From the NCBI GenBank assembly GCA_028534125.1, contig CM052817.1, forward strand, positions 40,984,001 through 41,048,000: a stretch of 64,000 bases of DNA, written 5' to 3'. Source of the DNA: Lama glama (taxonomy: Eukaryota). Of this stretch, positions 62,261-64,000 are shown piece by piece. The notes beneath the pieces are model-generated. The model saw only the letters and a list, made by a program, of their open reading frames with translations. It was not told the origin of the DNA and did no database searches. Position 1 is the first letter of the stretch; each line of letters begins with the position of its first letter. A program made the translations under genes and the position numbers.

Positions 62261-64000
62261 CACCATTTTCTTACAGTCGTTACCCAGTAGGAATTATGTG
62301 TAAAAATTCTACCAGTGGTTTGTAACGTTTGTGTGTATGCAAGTGGGCAGTGTGACATTTGTGAACATACTAACCACGAGGAACCAGAGAAAGGCAGCTC
62401 TTCCTATAAGAGCACAGCCTGAGAGCAGAGATGGTGTTCAAGGGTCCCGGTGCTACTCTGCTGCCCACCTCCTCCTGCTAAATCCTGTATCTTTCCAAGC
62501 CTGGGATGGCCAGCCTGGCTTTGGAAGCTCTAAGTACAAATAAGAATGGGTTAGGAGATTCTCACTCCTAAATTTGGGAAAGTAGTCCAGCTCTTTAAAT
62601 AAAGTATCTGCTTTTACAAGAAGCTTTAAAATAGATGGTAGTGGAGAACTGGGATCTAACCCCTCTTAAAGCTGCTCCGGGATACTGGCATCACGCCCTC
62701 CGGGAGCTGACCGAAGTCGGAAGCCACTTATTTGTGCTCTCATATTCAAAGCCCTGTGGCTCTTTCCCAGGTCTGTTTTAGCATCCTGAGGAACAAGGGG
62801 GCGAGTCTCACCAACTCTACCAGCATTCAGGGTGACTTATTTTTTGGTTCAGCCTGAAAAGCCCTGCATGTATCTTAAAGGAAGGATGATGAGAACTCAG
62901 CAGACCAAGGTGTCGCCAGTACCTTGGTGTTCAATAAGGCCCGGGAGCATCCTGTGGAGACTAGTTCCCCCGACACATCCATGTGATATAGGTCATCTGG
63001 AATGTACCTTCTTGAACAAAGATGCTATTTTGTTTGACACTTTCTATTTATATTTACACTGCCTGCTGGAATTTTCAGTGTGGCATTTTGTTTAAGTTCC
63101 TATAGCACTATTAATGATGACTAACGTGGACTCAAAATATAAAATAACAGGGATTGTTCTAAGGAAAAATTTACTTCCTCCTTTCATTATCTCTGGAGAC
63201 TGAAAAATGATTTCCTAAATTGTGGCCTATGGTGACAATCTCCTAAGTACAGTCTCCTCTCTCAGTAAAAGGGTTGGAATCCTTGTTTTGTTTATTGTCT
63301 TTGAATCATTTATGGATTTAAAGCCGCCCCACCGAGCACTGACTCATCTCTGCCAGGTGCGTTGGGCCTCAACGGGTTGGAAGTGAAGTATGGGGTCCCA
63401 AGCAGAGAAAGAGATGGAAACCACATTCACAGTTTATTTGCTCACAGATGTTCACATAATAGAAGCTGAAATTTAAGAAGTAGCTTCTTTTTCTTTGTAT
63501 TTAATAGGGACAAAGAAAACCGGTGGTGTGGGGGTTGGAAAGGCAAGGGACGCTGAAACTGGGAGAAGAATTGGGAACACCCGTGTTCACCAGCCCTGGC
63601 AAGAGAATAAACTCATTGACAAGAGTATTGATTTTCATTCCCATAAACACAGACCCAGGCCTTTGGCTTTTGAAGATTCATTGGCAAGTGACTTTTACAT
63701 GAGAAAGGAAGTAGGGCTGATCCGGTATGAGGACCCATCACTGGTTGCTCCCCTCTCCCAGTTCCCTGAAGAGCTGGGAGAGATCATCACGCAGCATCAG
63801 GGCCATGACAACTCCGGGTGTTTTGTGGTGCTGCCACAATGTTGCAGACTTCCTCTCTGCCTGAGTCAGCGCCGTCAGCTTTGGTCTGCTTACTGCAATG
63901 ACCTGTCCCCTTGTGGTGTTGAGTTCTCCATTCTCTCATGCAAGGAAAGGTGGGTTGGTGTGATTAAAAGAGAGACGTCTGCTGTGACTGTCTCAGCTCG

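Noticed and set aside
1..64000. Prokaryote-style novel system (CRISPR, defence island, operon), tRNA/rRNA genes
   Set aside because: The sequence is eutherian repeat-rich non-coding DNA; no repeat-spacer arrays, dense ORFs or structural RNA genes were seen

Overview
This is mammalian (eutherian) non-coding DNA, intronic or intergenic, with a 500-N assembly gap at 25057-25556. A large fraction is decayed transposable elements: MIR, L2, L1M, MLT1/MLT2/LTR16/LTR33 LTRs, hAT and Tigger/mariner MITEs, and one younger ERV1-type solo LTR. The youngest L1 3' ends resemble camelid (L1_Vpa-type) L1s, and I saw no Alu, B1/B2, Bov-tA, PRE-1, CHR or SINEC elements, so a camelid (alpaca or camel) is the likely source (inference). 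I could not identify any protein-coding exon, RNA gene, CRISPR array or operon-like system. The listed ORFs look like chance ORFs or repeat/gap artefacts. I found no new multi-gene biological system. The most interesting observations are retrotransposition structures and candidate regulatory elements: (i) a 100-bp non-L1 poly(A) retro-insertion with a perfect 12-bp TSD, (ii) an L1 whose 5' UTR is fused directly to the end of ORF2, (iii) a very old LINE endonuclease relic recognisable only at protein-motif level, (iv) a three-level TE nest, and (v) candidate CTCF/RFX sites, a GC-rich block and one candidate exon. Repeat family names come from recalled consensus sequences, not from a search. Boundaries are approximate unless TSDs or TIRs are quoted.
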